From the NCBI GenBank assembly GCA_963752155.1, contig CAVVXH010000002.1, positions 286,420-350,419 of the forward strand: a DNA stretch of 64,000 nucleotides, in the 5' to 3' direction. Positions 62,616 to 64,000 of the stretch are shown here, piece after piece (position 1 is the stretch's first letter; every line of letters starts with the position of its first letter). Position numbers and translations under genes: made by a program. The notes below the pieces were generated by a model that worked only from the letters and a program-made list of their open reading frames with translations, was not told where the DNA came from and did not search any database. This DNA is from an uncultured Parachlamydiaceae bacterium (GTDB lineage Bacteria > Chlamydiota > Chlamydiia > Chlamydiales > Parachlamydiaceae).

Positions 62616-63980
62616 ATGCAAATACAAAATACAAATCAAGAGCTTTGTTTTGAGATGATTTGTTCGCATGACATGTTGTCGCAAAAAGATGTACATACAA
62701 TGTTGTCAACTTGTAAAGTTTGGAATGCTAAATTCGCTTTTTTGGTGAAGGAATTTTTCCATCAACCGAGATGGAATAATCTTCTATCTAAAATTTCTAG
62801 AAATTTAAAGTCTCCAAAATTTGATGCCAAGCTTACGGAATTAAGAATGAGTGAAAGATGTATAAATTTAAAACATTTAGAAGTGATTTCATTGAGAAAA
62901 TTAGCTTATATATCTATTGTGTTAGATGATATCTCACCTTTAATTTTAAGAAAAAATACGCAGTTAGCAGGTGAAATGAAAAAGGATAAATTTGGTAAAC
63001 AAATAGTTTATGCCTGCGGATTAAAGTTAATAGAATTTGAAAAAAGATCAAAATTATTGCCTCTAAATCAAAAGATTGATTTTTATATATTTAATACACC
63101 GTTAATATGGGGGAAAGCAGGTCAAATTTTTTTGTCTTATACATTTGATCCTCTTATCGAGCAACTGCCGAGTGAAATTGCAGTTAAAAAAATGGATGAA
63201 ATTGGAAACTTACTTGCCAACCGCGATAGTTGGTTTAAATCGATGTTCAAAGACCTAGTATTAAGCAAAAAATTTACTGAAGCAAAGGCAACCTTACCTC
63301 TTCTAAGGAATGAAGAAATTGCTAAGGACTCAAAAGTTGAATGGAAAGTAAAATATGAGCTAGAGGAATTAAAATTATCAAACGAAGTCTCTCCTGAAGC
63401 TCTTATGGAAATTAATAAAAATATTTGTGAAGTTGTAAATCAGGTAGAAAGATCAGAACTTCTTTCCTATGTAGATGACACTTTTCCTGGATTTAAACGT
63501 TTAGTGAAAAAAATGGAAAAGAAAGCAGTTAAAGAAAAAAATGCAGAAATATTTGATATGATGAGAGGCTGCCTTCAAACGGGAGATGTAGCAACTTCAA
63601 TCTTTGTTATGGATTCTTTAAATAATCCCCTCAAGGATTTAATCGAAGAAAAAGGGATATTGTCATCCCTATTTGATAACATATCAGCAGATCGCGCGGA
63701 TGAAGTTGTCGATGCATTTAATAACTCGAGCCTTGAAATTCAGAAGTTGCTAAAGGAAAGATTGATATATGGTCTATCGAAAATAGATCCAAAGGGTCAT
63801 TCTCTATGCTTGAGTTTGATTAATACATATGGACATGATGAATGGAACGTAATGCTTTCAAATTTTCTACGTAGATTAGAGTATGATTCGCAAGAAATAA
63901 AGGATATTCTTGAGATGTTTGAAATATTTGAAGATCCAGAAGAAAGATTGAATGCATTGAAAGATAAACTTGGGTTGTAG
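62616..63980 (+). CDS. Hypothetical protein with a degenerate F-box-like N-terminus
   Basis: ELCFEMICSHDMLSQKDVHTMLSTCKVWN resembles the F-box pattern ..I.S.L...D....S.VCK.W. Confidence 0.55.
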   Translation: MQIQNTNQELCFEMICSHDMLSQKDVHTMLSTCKVWNAKFAFLVKEFFHQPRWNNLLSKISRNLKSPKFDAKLTELRMSERCINLKHLEVISLRKLAYISIVLDDISPLILRKNTQLAGEMKKDKFGKQIVYACGLKLIEFEKRSKLLPLNQKIDFYIFNTPLIWGKAGQIFLSYTFDPLIEQLPSEIAVKKMDEIGNLLANRDSWFKSMFKDLVLSKKFTEAKATLPLLRNEEIAKDSKVEWKVKYELEELKLSNEVSPEALMEINKNICEVVNQVERSELLSYVDDTFPGFKRLVKKMEKKAVKEKNAEIFDMMRGCLQTGDVATSIFVMDSLNNPLKDLIEEKGILSSLFDNISADRADEVVDAFNNSSLEIQKLLKERLIYGLSKIDPKGHSLCLSLINTYGHDEWNVMLSNFLRRLEYDSQEIKDILEMFEIFEDPEERLNALKDKLGL

Positions 63981-64000
63981 AATATATTCGATATCAAAGA

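Overview
AT-rich bacterial DNA, most consistent with an environmental member of Chlamydiota (inferred from the chlamydia-style gspD-E-F-pseudopilin locus, a SycD/LcrH-like chaperone and F-box, patatin and orphan effector-like genes). Contents in order: a type II secretion operon split by a ~5.8 kb effector-like island; three antitoxin-like genes without toxins; a DAACS transporter; a YjbH-type outer membrane protein; a patatin; an archaeal-type MetAP2 plus a non-discriminating AspRS fused to a YbaK-like domain; three tandem secreted collagen-like genes; an fdh / OFA-MFS / SDR / GH63 / GMC operon; large orphan proteins including a DUF2263 PARG-like macrodomain and a tandem HEPN-like protein; surE; a methyltransferase / type III PKS / flavoprotein cluster; and a 2H-phosphoesterase-archease fusion coupled to rtcB. 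The most striking non-coding signal is a modular nested palindrome family with 7 copies in 64 kb. It has 110-bp perfect outer inverted repeats, a TA-bounded 305-bp inner unit made of two hairpins, and a core that is inverted relative to its flanks between copies. Patches of frameshifts (1-2.5 kb, 21.7-22.4 kb, 50.5 kb) look like assembly indels. All family assignments come from motif recognition by eye; no searches were run.
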